This document shows positions 1 to 9,162 of a DNA stretch of 24,517 nucleotides, in pieces. This DNA is from Thermoanaerobaculia bacterium (GTDB lineage: Bacteria; Acidobacteriota; Thermoanaerobaculia; Multivoradales; UBA5704). How positions within the stretch are numbered: the first letter of the stretch is position 1; each line of letters opens with the position of its first letter. The position numbers were made by a program, and so were the translations under genes. The notes below the pieces were generated by a model. It was not told where the DNA came from. It saw nothing but the letters and a program-made list of their open reading frames with translations, and did not search any database. The stretch covers positions 1 through 24,517 of the forward strand of contig JBGAGQ010000081.1 of assembly GCA_044226625.1 (NCBI GenBank). The letters are read 5' to 3'.

Positions 1-1
1 C

Positions 2-142
2 CGAAAGACGAAGCGACACCTTGGTCCGGCGCTCTTCTCGGCTCGACAGCTCCGCGTCGAGCAAACTATCGAGAAAACGATGCGGCGACTGCGACTCCTT
101 GACGGTCTCGGCGATGCGCTCGCTCAGCTGCTCGGCAGCGCA
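2..142 (-). pseudogene. istB: IS21-family IstB ATPase, N-terminal fragment with no start codon (runs off the window)
   Basis: Manual translation of the minus strand gives CAAEQLSERIAETVKESQSPHRFLDSLLDAELSSREERRTKVSLRLS. This matches the IstB N-terminal pattern (FL..LL..E...R..RR....L+.S). The frame has no ATG/GTG/TTG between an upstream TGA (about 236-238) and this segment, and there is no istA upstream. Confidence 0.7.
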
Positions 143-143
143 C

Positions 144-1331
144 TTACTTCCCGCTGCTCGAATCCGGCTGTTGGTAGGCGGCGAAACGGATCCGGGAACC
201 TGTCCGCTGCGCCGGAATCTCCAAAAACCGGTAGCTCACCCACGCGAGCGGTAGCAGCACGGCGAAGAAGAGAACGAGCGCCACGGGCTGGGAGAAGTAG
301 GACCGGTCGACCGCGAGCGATGCCGTGCCGAGTACGAAAGCAAGCTGGAGCGGGAAGTGGAGTAGGTAGATCGAGTAGGACAGATCTCCCAGATAGGCGG
401 TGCGTACGCCGAAGGCTCCCCGAACGGTTTCGACGAACGCGAGGGTGAGAATCGTCGAGGGGAACAGGATCAGGCCGGTGAACAGGGCGGGCGGAAGGGA
501 CCCGGCCTTCGCTTCGAAAGGGAAGCCGGGCGAGTAGACGGCGAGGAGCGTTCCGATCCAGATCGTCGCGGTGATCCACGGCAGGACGCGCGCGAGGCGT
601 GCGGCGGCTCCCGATTCGAGGCCTCGGGCGTAGAGGCGATAGAGGCAGCCGCCGAGGAAGAAGGCGAACATCCCGCGGCCTACGGGGACGTCCCAGAAGG
701 CGAAGAGCGCGAGCCCGAGCGCGGAAAATCCGGCGATCGCGAGCGTCGACATCCGGATCGTCCGGCAGAGGGCGAAGAAGAGGAAGTAGAGAAAGATCTC
801 GACCGAGACCGACCAGATCGGGCCGTTCCAGGAGTGGGAGTAGTGGGGACCCCAGGCCGAGACGAGGAACAGGTTCGGGATGAAGTGGAGCAGGTCGTTG
901 TTCGAGTAGACGAAATCCGCGCCGTAACGGTGGCGGTAGGCCAGCTGGAGCGGCACGACGAGCGCGAGAGTCGCGAGGTGGAGCGGCACGAGACGCGAGA
1001 AGCGGCGGGAGAAGAAGTCGCGCGCGCCGACCTTGCGCTCGGCGATCGGCTGGGAGTAAAGCCAGAAGAAGATGAAGCCCGAGAGGGTGAAGAACAGCTC
1101 GACCGCGAGCTGGCCGTGCCGGTAGAAGAGGAGAAAAGGCTCGAGCAACGGCCGGGCGCCCGAGCCCGGCACGGGGCCGCTGAAGAAGAAGTGCTGCCAG
1201 TGCCAGAAGACGATCGAGAGCGCCGCGATGCCTCGAAACGCGTCGAGCGAATAGATGCGCTTCGGAGGCTGGAGAGTCGCCGCCTCTCCGGAGGTCGAGA
1301 TCGGGCGAGGAGCGTCTTGTCCCTTCGGCAT
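144..1331 (-). CDS. Acyltransferase-3 (OafA/YrhL-like) integral membrane O-acyltransferase
   Basis: Family motifs SLDAFRGIAALSIVFWH, AVELFFTLSGF, RRFSRLVPLH, WSVSVEIFLY, LGDLSYSIYLLH and SYRFLEIP; multiple TM segments; GAGGAG RBS upstream. Confidence 0.92.
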   Translation of the reverse strand: MPKGQDAPRPISTSGEAATLQPPKRIYSLDAFRGIAALSIVFWHWQHFFFSGPVPGSGARPLLEPFLLFYRHGQLAVELFFTLSGFIFFWLYSQPIAERKVGARDFFSRRFSRLVPLHLATLALVVPLQLAYRHRYGADFVYSNNDLLHFIPNLFLVSAWGPHYSHSWNGPIWSVSVEIFLYFLFFALCRTIRMSTLAIAGFSALGLALFAFWDVPVGRGMFAFFLGGCLYRLYARGLESGAAARLARVLPWITATIWIGTLLAVYSPGFPFEAKAGSLPPALFTGLILFPSTILTLAFVETVRGAFGVRTAYLGDLSYSIYLLHFPLQLAFVLGTASLAVDRSYFSQPVALVLFFAVLLPLAWVSYRFLEIPAQRTGSRIRFAAYQQPDSSSGK

Positions 1332-1362
1332 CGGCTCCTCGTCTCTCGTTCTCGCTGGGCGT

Positions 1363-3450
1363 CTACCGTTTCGAAGCTTCCGAGCCTTGAGCCGCGAGCG
1401 CGGCGCGGGCGGCCGTGAGCAGCGGCTTGGCCGAGAGCGGAGCGCCCACGGCGCCGCGCATCCAGGCGTCGGGCGTCAGGCGGCCCTGCTTGGCGACCCG
1501 CTCGAACTCGGTTCCGAAATCCCCTTTCTGGAACTGCTCGGCGACCTGGAACGCAATCATGTGCCCAAGGGCGTAATCGGGCAGGTAGAGGCCATAGGCG
1601 ATCATGTGGGAGTAGACCGCCAGGATCTCCGAGTCGCGGACGCCGAAATGCGGCGCGTACCAGCGGTTCCACACCTCGCGCGAGATCGCGACGGTCGCCT
1701 CGCGAAGCTCCGCCGGCGTGGCGTTCGGATGGGCGTACATCCACCGCCAGACGCGCATGTCGACGAGCGAAACGCCCGAGATCTCGTAGGTGTTCCAAAG
1801 GGTCGCGAGCGCCTCGGCCCGGCGCGCTTCCTCGTCTTGTTTCCCGAGACCGAGCAGCTCCAGATCGCGGTGCTGGAAGACGAAGGCGAGCGCCTCGGTG
1901 AAGGCGTTATTCGGCACGCCGGAGAGCGTCCAGTGATCGATGCCGTGGAGCGAAAAGACCTGCTCGACGTTGTGGCCGAGCTCGTGGATCGCGATGTTGT
2001 ATCCCTTGTAATCCATCCCCCCGGCGGGGACCCGCGTGCGCAGATGGACCTTGTCCTCGCGCCGCACGGCGGGCATCGCGTGCCCCGCGCCCCGCGCGGG
2101 ATCGACGACGATGCGGTCGGCGAGATACTTCGCTTTCTCCGGCGAAAATCCCAGCTGCCCGAGCAACGCGGGCAGCCCGGTCTGGAAGGCCTCGAGGTTC
2201 GGGTATTTCGCGTGGACGATCCGGTCGAGATCGGCCTCGGTATGCCCGCTCCGCGGCTTGAAGCCGGCGTACCAGATGTCGAACGGCGCGAGCGGCCGGC
2301 CGAGCTTCCGCTGGATCAGTTGGGCGAGATCGGCCACCTCCGCCGACTCGAGGACCGAGACCAAAAGAGCCTCCACCTCGGCTTCCGGGACCTGGCGGTT
2401 CGCTTTGAACTGGCGGTCGATCAGGGTCGGAACGCTCGGCGTGTAGGGGTCGACGCCGCGCTCGGCTTGGAATACCTCGAGCAGCTTGGCGTAACGCACG
2501 TCCGCCTCGCGCGCCTGGGCTTTTTCGCGATCGAACGGCTTGCCCGGGTCGACCGGAGCGACTTCGTTCGTCTCCGGATTCCAAAGCAGGTCGCCGTTGT
2601 CGATCACCACGGCCGGGATCTCCTGGCGGATGATCCTTTGCATCACGCGGTAGATCGTCTGCTGCCGGTCGAGCGCGCGGCCGTCCGGATCTTCCTGGTA
2701 ATGCGAGGCGAGCTCATCGCGTAGGCCCCAATGAGAGATCAGGCGCAGCCCCTCGGGAAACAGCTTCTTTCCCGCCCCATCGACTAGCCGATCGAGCCGC
2801 ACGTTCATCGCCGCGATGTAGCTGTCGGCGCTCGAATAGGCGCGCGTGGTCTCCTGGATCGCCTTCGGGGCCACTCGCTGCTCGAACGTCTCCACCAAAC
2901 GGGAGATCGCCCAGGCGTCGCGATCCCATCGCGGTCCTTGGGCCAACCGGTCGTCGAGCGAATCGAGCGGGAAGTTGAGGAGGACCAGGAAGGCGACCTT
3001 CGTCTTGAACAGGTCCTCCGTCGCGTGCGAGGAGAGATCGAGCTCGCCGAGCAACTCGTCGGCTTTGCCGATCGTCCCGAGGTCGAGATCGAACGTCCGG
3101 CGCAAGTCGCGGCGCACCTCGTAGAGATGGCCGTAGATCTGCTCGAACGCCGCTTCCAGTCGATCGAACGTCGCGGCGAGCTCGGCCGGATCGGCGATGA
3201 ACTTCTCGCGACAGAAGCTCGCGAAGGCCGCTTCGTCGCCGTCCTCGGGCCACCAGCGCGCGGCCACCTGGCGCACGCCGCGCGCGATGCGCGAGCGGTT
3301 GGGCTCTCCATGCGCCGCAACGGCAGCGTCGATGGCGCGGTCGATCGCCGCGGGCTCGATCGTGGATTGGGCGTGGGCGGGAGCGGGGAGCACGGCGGTC
3401 GTCGCTAGCATTGAAAGCATCCAGAACGTCGAGAAAGTCCACCGATTCAT
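1363..3450 (-). CDS. Secreted gluzincin-like (M2/M3-type) zinc metallopeptidase of unknown specificity
   Basis: Sec signal peptide ending PAHA|Q; HELGH (HExxH) followed about 25 aa later by NNAFTEALA (third ligand E); later H..AY..Y..DY motif typical of the M2/M3 fold. Confidence 0.7.
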   Translation of the reverse strand: MNRWTFSTFWMLSMLATTAVLPAPAHAQSTIEPAAIDRAIDAAVAAHGEPNRSRIARGVRQVAARWWPEDGDEAAFASFCREKFIADPAELAATFDRLEAAFEQIYGHLYEVRRDLRRTFDLDLGTIGKADELLGELDLSSHATEDLFKTKVAFLVLLNFPLDSLDDRLAQGPRWDRDAWAISRLVETFEQRVAPKAIQETTRAYSSADSYIAAMNVRLDRLVDGAGKKLFPEGLRLISHWGLRDELASHYQEDPDGRALDRQQTIYRVMQRIIRQEIPAVVIDNGDLLWNPETNEVAPVDPGKPFDREKAQAREADVRYAKLLEVFQAERGVDPYTPSVPTLIDRQFKANRQVPEAEVEALLVSVLESAEVADLAQLIQRKLGRPLAPFDIWYAGFKPRSGHTEADLDRIVHAKYPNLEAFQTGLPALLGQLGFSPEKAKYLADRIVVDPARGAGHAMPAVRREDKVHLRTRVPAGGMDYKGYNIAIHELGHNVEQVFSLHGIDHWTLSGVPNNAFTEALAFVFQHRDLELLGLGKQDEEARRAEALATLWNTYEISGVSLVDMRVWRWMYAHPNATPAELREATVAISREVWNRWYAPHFGVRDSEILAVYSHMIAYGLYLPDYALGHMIAFQVAEQFQKGDFGTEFERVAKQGRLTPDAWMRGAVGAPLSAKPLLTAARAALAAQGSEASKR

Positions 3451-3495
3451 GGGGCGATCCTCGGAACGCCCGCGGGCGAACCCGGGGCGGAGGGA

Positions 3496-3522
3496 ATTTT
3501 AGCCCGAACTTTTCACCGGGCT
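3496..3522 (-). promoter_or_regulatory. Putative sigma70 -10 (TAAAAT) for the peptidase gene, with an adjacent inverted repeat AGCCCG-N10-CGGGCT
   Basis: atttta at 3496-3501; inverted repeat arms at 3501-3506 and 3517-3522, just after the znuB stop. Confidence 0.4.
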
Positions 3523-3527
3523 GACCT

Positions 3528-4385
3528 TCAAGCCCGCTCGCCCGGACCGCGGATCTCGAGGCGACCGATCCTGGCGGTACGGCGAACGGAATAGACGGCA
3601 AGCAGCATGGCGGTCCCGAGCAGGATGATCGCCGGGCCGGAGGGGAGATCCGCTTCGTACGAGACGACCAGGCCGGCGAGCGTCATCGCGATGCCGAGGC
3701 CCACCGAGGTCGCGATCACCCATTTGAGGTCGCGACAGAGCATGAGCGCGATGACCGGTGGGATCGTGAGGAGGGCGATCACCAGGATGATCCCCACGAT
3801 CTGGATCAGGATCACGACGACCAGCGCCATGAGGACCAGCAGGAGGGTACGCAGGAAACGGACCGGGGCGCCCTGGACCCGAGCGAACACCTCGTCGAAG
3901 GCGACCGCGACCAGCCCCTTGTAGAACAGGGCGACGGTCGCGAGAACGACGGCCGACAGCCCGAAGGTGATCCAGACGTCGGTCTTCGTCACCAGGAGGA
4001 TGTTGCCGAAGAGATAGGTCATCAGGTTCGGCGCGTAGCCGGGGGTTTTTGCGATGAAGAGGATTCCCACCGCCACCCCCGCCGCCCAGAGGACGCCGAT
4101 CAGGGCATCCTGGGAACGGATCTTCTCGGTATCGGTCAGGCCGAGCAGTACGGCGAAGAGGAGCGACACGGCGATCGCTCCCCAAATCGGTTGGATGCCG
4201 AGGAAGAAGCAGAGCCCGAGACCGCCGAACGCCGCGTGGCTGATACCTCCGCCGATGAAGGCCAGGCGCTTCACGACCACGAACGGCCCGATCACGCCGC
4301 AGAGGATCGCCGCGAGAACCCCGGCGAGGATCGCGTGCTGGACGAATCCGTAGGAGAGCGCGTGAAAGAGCGAGGGGGTGGGCAT
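3528..4385 (-). CDS. znuB: Zn/Mn ABC transporter permease
   Basis: ABC-3 motifs GGISHAAFGG, YLFGNIL, FDEVFARVQG, VGIILVIALLTIPP and DLPSGPAII. Confidence 0.93.
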   Translation of the reverse strand: MPTPSLFHALSYGFVQHAILAGVLAAILCGVIGPFVVVKRLAFIGGGISHAAFGGLGLCFFLGIQPIWGAIAVSLLFAVLLGLTDTEKIRSQDALIGVLWAAGVAVGILFIAKTPGYAPNLMTYLFGNILLVTKTDVWITFGLSAVVLATVALFYKGLVAVAFDEVFARVQGAPVRFLRTLLLVLMALVVVILIQIVGIILVIALLTIPPVIALMLCRDLKWVIATSVGLGIAMTLAGLVVSYEADLPSGPAIILLGTAMLLAVYSVRRTARIGRLEIRGPGERA

Positions 4386-4407
4386 CGGGAGTCGGCTCGC
4401 GCGGAAG

Positions 4408-5181
4408 CTAGTGCGCGTGCAGCACGCGGTGGGGCACGCCGTGACCGAGGAGCTCGACCGGGCAGCCGTAGGCTTCTTCGAGCGCTTCGTTCGTCAGCTC
4501 GTGATGGTAGTGGAGTTGGCGGTTCACGCAGGCGACGTGACGGACCGCGGAGGCGATCGACGTCGGGTCGTGGGTGACCACCACGATCGGAATCCGCTCG
4601 TTGAGCTCGATCAAGAGGGCGCGCAACGTCTCGCGCGACTCGGCGTCGATCGACGCCGTGGGCTCGTCGAGGAAGAGGATCGCCGGCTCGGAGACGAGGG
4701 CCCGGGCGATCAGCACCCGCTGCATCTGCCCGCCCGACAGCTCGCGGATCGGCCGGCTCGCGAGCGGCAGGAGATGGAGGCGGTCGAGGATCGCTTCGGC
4801 GGCGCGACGGTCTTCCCGGTCGTACGGCGCGAGCAGACCGCGCCGGGCGATCCGACCCATCCGGACCACCTCGAGGACGCGGAGCGGGAAAGCGCGATCG
4901 AAGGTCGAAAACTGCGGCACGTAGCCGAGCTTGCCCGGCCGGTCCGGCAGACGATCGACGATCTCTCCCGAGCGCGGCGCGAGCAGGCCGAGCAGCAGCT
5001 TGACCAACGTCGTCTTGCCGCCACCGTTCGGCCCGAGGATCGCGAGGTAGTCCTTGGGGTAGATCGCGAGGTCGACGTTTTCGAGCACCAGGTCCGCGCC
5101 ATAGCCGAACGAAACGCCGCGCGCCTCGATCAACGGCTCGGTTTCGTCCCGAGAGGGGGACCCCGTGGATCGGTCAGCCAT
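4408..5181 (-). CDS. znuC: Zn/Mn ABC transporter ATP-binding subunit
   Basis: Walker A GPNGGGKTT, YVPQ, LSGGQMQR, Walker B LFLDEP, VTHD and a His-rich C-terminus. Overlaps the znuA stop. Confidence 0.94.
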   Translation of the reverse strand: MADRSTGSPSRDETEPLIEARGVSFGYGADLVLENVDLAIYPKDYLAILGPNGGGKTTLVKLLLGLLAPRSGEIVDRLPDRPGKLGYVPQFSTFDRAFPLRVLEVVRMGRIARRGLLAPYDREDRRAAEAILDRLHLLPLASRPIRELSGGQMQRVLIARALVSEPAILFLDEPTASIDAESRETLRALLIELNERIPIVVVTHDPTSIASAVRHVACVNRQLHYHHELTNEALEEAYGCPVELLGHGVPHRVLHAH

Positions 5182-6151
5182 GCGAAAGCTCCCGGCGGAA
5201 GGCGCCGCTCGCGGTTTTCATGCTCGCCAGCCAATCGTACGCCATGGGGTCGACCACCACGACCTCGCCACCCAGCGCTTCGGCGATCACCTCGGCGGGT
5301 TTGGCGGCGAAACCGCGCTGGACGAACACGGCGTGGATGCCGTCGCGGCGGCCCCGGTCGATCATCTCGATCAACCGACCGGCCGACGGCTCGCGCCCGC
5401 CGACCTCGATCGCCACCTGCTCCAAGCCGTATTCGCGGGCGAAATACCCCCAGGCCGGGTGGTAGACCATGAAACGGCGGGAGGCGCCGCCCGCGAGCGC
5501 GGTCCGGATCTGGCGGTCCAGCCGGTCGACCTGCGCGAGAAAAGCGGCCAGGTTGCGGCGAAACTCCCCGGCGTGGCCGGGATCGATCGCTTCGAGCGCC
5601 AGGGCGACGTTCCGCGCCGCGATCCGCACCGTGGCGGGCGCTACCCAGACATGCGGGTCGCCGCCGACGTGGACGTGCTCGCCGTGAACCTCGCGCGGGT
5701 CGCGCTCCCCCGGGTCGGAGCCGAAGAATCCGGGCGATTCGGGTCGCCCCTCCGCCTCGCCTTCGAGGATCGGCTCGATGCCGGCCGACATGTCGACGAC
5801 CCGGATCTCGGGGTGCTCGGCGAGCACCGGGTCGATCTCGTTCGCCTCGAACAGGAACGCCGGGTGCCCGACCTTGACGTAGAGCCGCGCGCGGGCGAGG
5901 GAGACCAACTGCCGGGGGCTCGGAGAGTAGCTGGTCTCCGAAGCTCCGGGCGGGATCATCACCTGGGTCGATACCCGGCCGCCGCCGATCCGGTCGACGA
6001 AATACGCCTGCGGCGGAACGCTCACCGCGACCTGAATCCGCGGCGGCCCGGTGGACTCCGCCGCGCGAGGCGGCGCGGAGCAGGCCGAAAGCCCGATCGC
6101 TGCGACCACGATCGGGGTCGCGAAGATCGGCAGGAGGCGGACGACGGTCAC
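5174..6151 (-). CDS. znuA: Zn/Mn ABC transporter substrate-binding lipoprotein
   Basis: Lipobox LSAC; His loop EVHGEHVH; DPHVW, YHPAWGYFAREYGL and EPS motifs. Start set at GTG 6151 (track ORF begins at TTG 6175). Confidence 0.92.
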   Translation of the reverse strand: MTVVRLLPIFATPIVVAAIGLSACSAPPRAAESTGPPRIQVAVSVPPQAYFVDRIGGGRVSTQVMIPPGASETSYSPSPRQLVSLARARLYVKVGHPAFLFEANEIDPVLAEHPEIRVVDMSAGIEPILEGEAEGRPESPGFFGSDPGERDPREVHGEHVHVGGDPHVWVAPATVRIAARNVALALEAIDPGHAGEFRRNLAAFLAQVDRLDRQIRTALAGGASRRFMVYHPAWGYFAREYGLEQVAIEVGGREPSAGRLIEMIDRGRRDGIHAVFVQRGFAAKPAEVIAEALGGEVVVVDPMAYDWLASMKTASGAFRRELSHG

Positions 6152-6180
6152 CGCGCCATGATATCGCGTTCTCAATTTGC
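6152..6180 (-). promoter_or_regulatory. -10 TATCAT six nt before the znuA GTG (leaderless-type), inside a weak Fur/Zur-like AT-rich dyad
   Basis: Minus strand reads GCAAATTGAGAACGCGATATCATggcgcgGTG. Confidence 0.45.
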
Positions 6181-6227
6181 TGGAGGGGCGCCCGTGCGGC
6201 GCCCTGCCGAGCGGGATCCGCTCGGGA

Positions 6228-7034
6228 TCAGTTCAGGGATTGGAGGTGGCGTCCGGCGATCGCTCGGGCCGCCTGCGCCCGCTCGGCCACTTGGCGGCGT
6301 TTCGCGGACAGCCGGGCGATCCGACGGTTCTCCCGCGCCTCGCGCAGCCGAGAGATCGCCTGGCGCAGGAGGGTATCGGCTTCGAGCGTCTCTCCTGCGT
6401 CGAGCCGGAGATCGGCTTCGAGCTCCAGCATCCCTGCCTCGATCAGCAGATCGCCGCTTCCGCAGACCAGGTGCTTCACCCCTTCGCGCAACGCGTGCTC
6501 GGCGTGCCGCGGATCGCCCGCCTCCAGGTAGCTCTCCCCGATCGCGGTCCAGGCGCGCGCCTTCAAATCGGCGATCAACGCCGCGGGGTGTCGGGAAAGG
6601 TCGAGCTGATTCGCGACCTCCAGGGCGAGCTCGGAAAGCTCGGTCGGGGAGTACGCCTCGAGGAGGGCGGCCACCGGCCGGTCGTCGCCGGCCCCGGCGC
6701 GGGCGAGCAGCGCGTCGGCGAGGGAAAAGCTCTGGAACCGCGCGTCGGCCAGGCGGGCCGAGCGCTCCACCCGCGGCGTCGCCAGGATTTCGGCGAGCAA
6801 ATGGTCGACATCCCGCCGCTCTCGGTCGAGCACCTCGCCAGCGCGCGTGAGGCGGTCGAGCAGGGCGCCGGTGTCGAGCGAGAAGTCGTCCACGGAGAAC
6901 GGCTGATCCCGGCCCCAGGAGGTGAACACCTCACTGCCGACCCGCGGATCGGCCGGCGTGCCTTCCGCCTCCTCCAGGATGCGCCGCAGCGCTTTGAGTG
7001 CACGAGATGCCATGGTGATGAAACTTCCCCTCAT
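6228..7034 (-). CDS. TPR-like helical protein, shorter paralogue of 20713..22002
   Basis: ELALEVANQL..HPAALIADLKARAWTAIG..GSGDLLIEA aligns by eye with ELAVQIALQL..YDPCWVLDLQARAYAHLG..GTGNLRIEA. Alternative start ATG at 7013. Confidence 0.75.
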   Translation of the reverse strand: MRGSFITMASRALKALRRILEEAEGTPADPRVGSEVFTSWGRDQPFSVDDFSLDTGALLDRLTRAGEVLDRERRDVDHLLAEILATPRVERSARLADARFQSFSLADALLARAGAGDDRPVAALLEAYSPTELSELALEVANQLDLSRHPAALIADLKARAWTAIGESYLEAGDPRHAEHALREGVKHLVCGSGDLLIEAGMLELEADLRLDAGETLEADTLLRQAISRLREARENRRIARLSAKRRQVAERAQAARAIAGRHLQSLN

Positions 7035-7137
7035 GAGCTACAGTGCCGCCCGTCCGGGACAACCGGGACACCTCGGCTCGAACTCGTTCCGGACGGCTCG
7101 CCTGGAGGGTTGGGTTTCCCGTACTCTGGGATCGTCG

Positions 7138-8277
7138 ATGACCTCCGATTCACCCCTCCCCATGGCCCTCGCCGCCCTTCGCGAAGGGATCGCCGAGGGG
7201 CTCCACCTCGGCGCCCAGCTCTACGTCTCGCTCGGCGGGGTCCCGCTCTTCGACGGTGCGATCGGCAACGCGAGCCCTGGGAAGCCGCTGATCCCGAGCG
7301 ATCTGATGATCTGGCTCTCCGCGACCAAGCCGGTCGCGGCGGTCGCCGTCGGCCAGCTGTGGGAACGCGGGGCGCTCGATCTCGACGATCCCGTCGCCCA
7401 CCACCTGCCGGAGTTCGCGGCGAACGGCAAAGAGCGAATCACGATTCGCCATCTGCTCACCCATACCGCCGGCATCCGGCTGCTCGAGACCGGCTGGCCG
7501 GAGCAGCCGTTCGAACGGATCGTGGCGAAGATCTGCGCCATGAAGCAGGAGCCGCGCTGGGTGGCGGGCCAGAAAGCGGGATATCACCACGCGTCGAGCT
7601 GGTTCGTGCTCGGCGCCCTAATCGAGGAGATCTCCGGCCGCCCGTTCTCCCGCTACGTCCGCGACGAGATCTTCCTGCCGCTCGGGATGGTCGATTCCTG
7701 GATCGGCATGACTCCGGAAAGTTACGCCGCGGCGCGCGACGGCGGACGCTTCGCGCCCTGCTGGAACACCGAGCGAGCCGAGCCCGGGGCTACCCCCCCG
7801 AGCCACCGGTTCGAAGAGGAAGCCAAAGTCGTCTCCTGCTCGCCCGGGGGCAACGGCTGGGGCCCGGCGCGAGAGCTGGGACGGTTCTACGAGATGTTGC
7901 TCGGTGGCGGCCGCCGGATCGGCGATCCCGCCGGCGCTCGAATCCTCTCGCCCCAAACCGCCTCGGCGCTCACCGCTCGGCATCGGGTCGGGATGTTCGA
8001 CCACACGTTCCGCCACGAGATGGACTGGGGCCTGGGCTTCATCCTCGACGGCAAGCGGCACGGACTCGAGACGGTCCCCTACGGCTACGGCCGGCGCTGC
8101 TCCTACCGCACCTTCGGCCACAGCGGATATCGAAGCGCCACCGCGTTCGCCGACCCGGAGCATGCCCTGGCGGTCGCCCTGATCCCCAACGGAACGCCGA
8201 GCGCGGCGGCGCACGAACGGCGCACCCGCGCGGTCCTCGACGCCCTGTACGACGACCTCGGCCTGGCCGGCGGATGA
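7138..8277 (+). CDS. Serine hydrolase, beta-lactamase class C / family VIII esterase-like
   Basis: SxxK (SATK), LDLDDPV, TIRHLLTHTAG, GYH, IFLPLGM and FGHSG. No signal peptide. Start ATG 7138 (alternative 7162). Confidence 0.9.
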   Translation: MTSDSPLPMALAALREGIAEGLHLGAQLYVSLGGVPLFDGAIGNASPGKPLIPSDLMIWLSATKPVAAVAVGQLWERGALDLDDPVAHHLPEFAANGKERITIRHLLTHTAGIRLLETGWPEQPFERIVAKICAMKQEPRWVAGQKAGYHHASSWFVLGALIEEISGRPFSRYVRDEIFLPLGMVDSWIGMTPESYAAARDGGRFAPCWNTERAEPGATPPSHRFEEEAKVVSCSPGGNGWGPARELGRFYEMLLGGGRRIGDPAGARILSPQTASALTARHRVGMFDHTFRHEMDWGLGFILDGKRHGLETVPYGYGRRCSYRTFGHSGYRSATAFADPEHALAVALIPNGTPSAAAHERRTRAVLDALYDDLGLAGG

Positions 8278-9098
8278 AGCGGGTCCTGATCGCCGGCTGC
8301 GGTTACGTCGGCCGCGAGCTGGGAAGGCGACTCGCCGACGAGGGAGCCGAGGTTTTCGGCCTACGGCGCGGCGCGGACGAGCTGGGTCCCGGCATCCGGC
8401 CGGTTCGGGCCGATCTCTCGGATCCGAAGACTCTCGACGGGCTCCCTGCGGAGCTGGACGGGGTGGTCTACGCCGCGAGCGCTGGGAGCTCGACCCCGGA
8501 TGCCTATCGCGCCGCCTATGTGACCGGCCTCCGGAATCTACTGTCCCGGGTGACGCCCCGCCGACTGATCTTCCTGTCGAGCACGGCGGTCTATGGCGAC
8601 CGGCACGGCGCTTGGACCGACGAGACGACCTCGACCGAGCCGGATCATTTCTCCGGCGAGATCCTGCTCGAAGCGGAGCGGCTGGCGCTTTCCGCCCCCT
8701 GCGCCGCGGTCGTGCTACGCCTGGGAGGAATCTACGGACCGGGGCGCGACCGCCTGGTCCGCGCGGTCGCCTCCGGCGAGGCGAGGCGGCCGGCCGAACC
8801 GACCTGGACCAACCGCATCCATCGCGACGACGCGGCCGGCGCGGCGGCCCACCTGCTCTCGATCGAACGTCCAGAGAGCGTCTATCTCGGGGTCGACTCC
8901 GAGCCGGCCGACCTCGGGACGATGTATGCCTGGATCGCCTCCCGCCTCGGCTGCCCGGCCCCCGCGGTCGCGGAGGCGCCTGCCGAAGGCCGCCTGGCCC
9001 GAGGGAGCAAACGCTGCTCGAACGCCCGGTTGCTCGGGTCGGGCTATTCGTTTGCCTACCCGACCTTCCGGGAAGGCTACGCGCCGCTGATCCCCTAA
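8274..9098 (+). CDS. NAD(P)-dependent epimerase/atypical SDR (YeeZ-like)
   Basis: MKRVLIAGCGYVG Rossmann motif, FLSSTAVYG, LRLGGIYGPGR, NRIHRDD and YPTFREG. ATGA overlap with the hydrolase. Confidence 0.92.
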   Translation: MKRVLIAGCGYVGRELGRRLADEGAEVFGLRRGADELGPGIRPVRADLSDPKTLDGLPAELDGVVYAASAGSSTPDAYRAAYVTGLRNLLSRVTPRRLIFLSSTAVYGDRHGAWTDETTSTEPDHFSGEILLEAERLALSAPCAAVVLRLGGIYGPGRDRLVRAVASGEARRPAEPTWTNRIHRDDAAGAAAHLLSIERPESVYLGVDSEPADLGTMYAWIASRLGCPAPAVAEAPAEGRLARGSKRCSNARLLGSGYSFAYPTFREGYAPLIP

Positions 9099-9120
9099 TT
9101 CTCCGGAGGTCCCGGGCGGC

Positions 9121-9126
9121 TATACT
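9121..9126 (+). promoter_or_regulatory. Putative -10 box TATACT for the spermidine-synthase-like gene
   Basis: Near-consensus hexamer about 40 bp before ATG 9163, with a GAGGT RBS. Confidence 0.5.
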
Positions 9127-9162
9127 CCCGCGACTCTTTTACCTTTCTTCCGAGGTCCTCCC

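Noticed and set aside
1255-5472. Long plus-strand ORFs (1255..2724, 4378..5472 and similar elsewhere)
   Set aside because: Antisense shadows of well-supported minus-strand genes, expected in high-GC DNA.
6177-8273. 973-aa ORF 6177..9098 as a large fusion protein
   Set aside because: Only 8274..9098 is protein-like (SDR). The rest is a shadow frame over the TPR paralogue and the hydrolase.
7138-8277. True beta-lactamase resistance gene
   Set aside because: No signal peptide, YHH instead of YxN and HSG instead of KTG. This fits a cytoplasmic esterase-type hydrolase.
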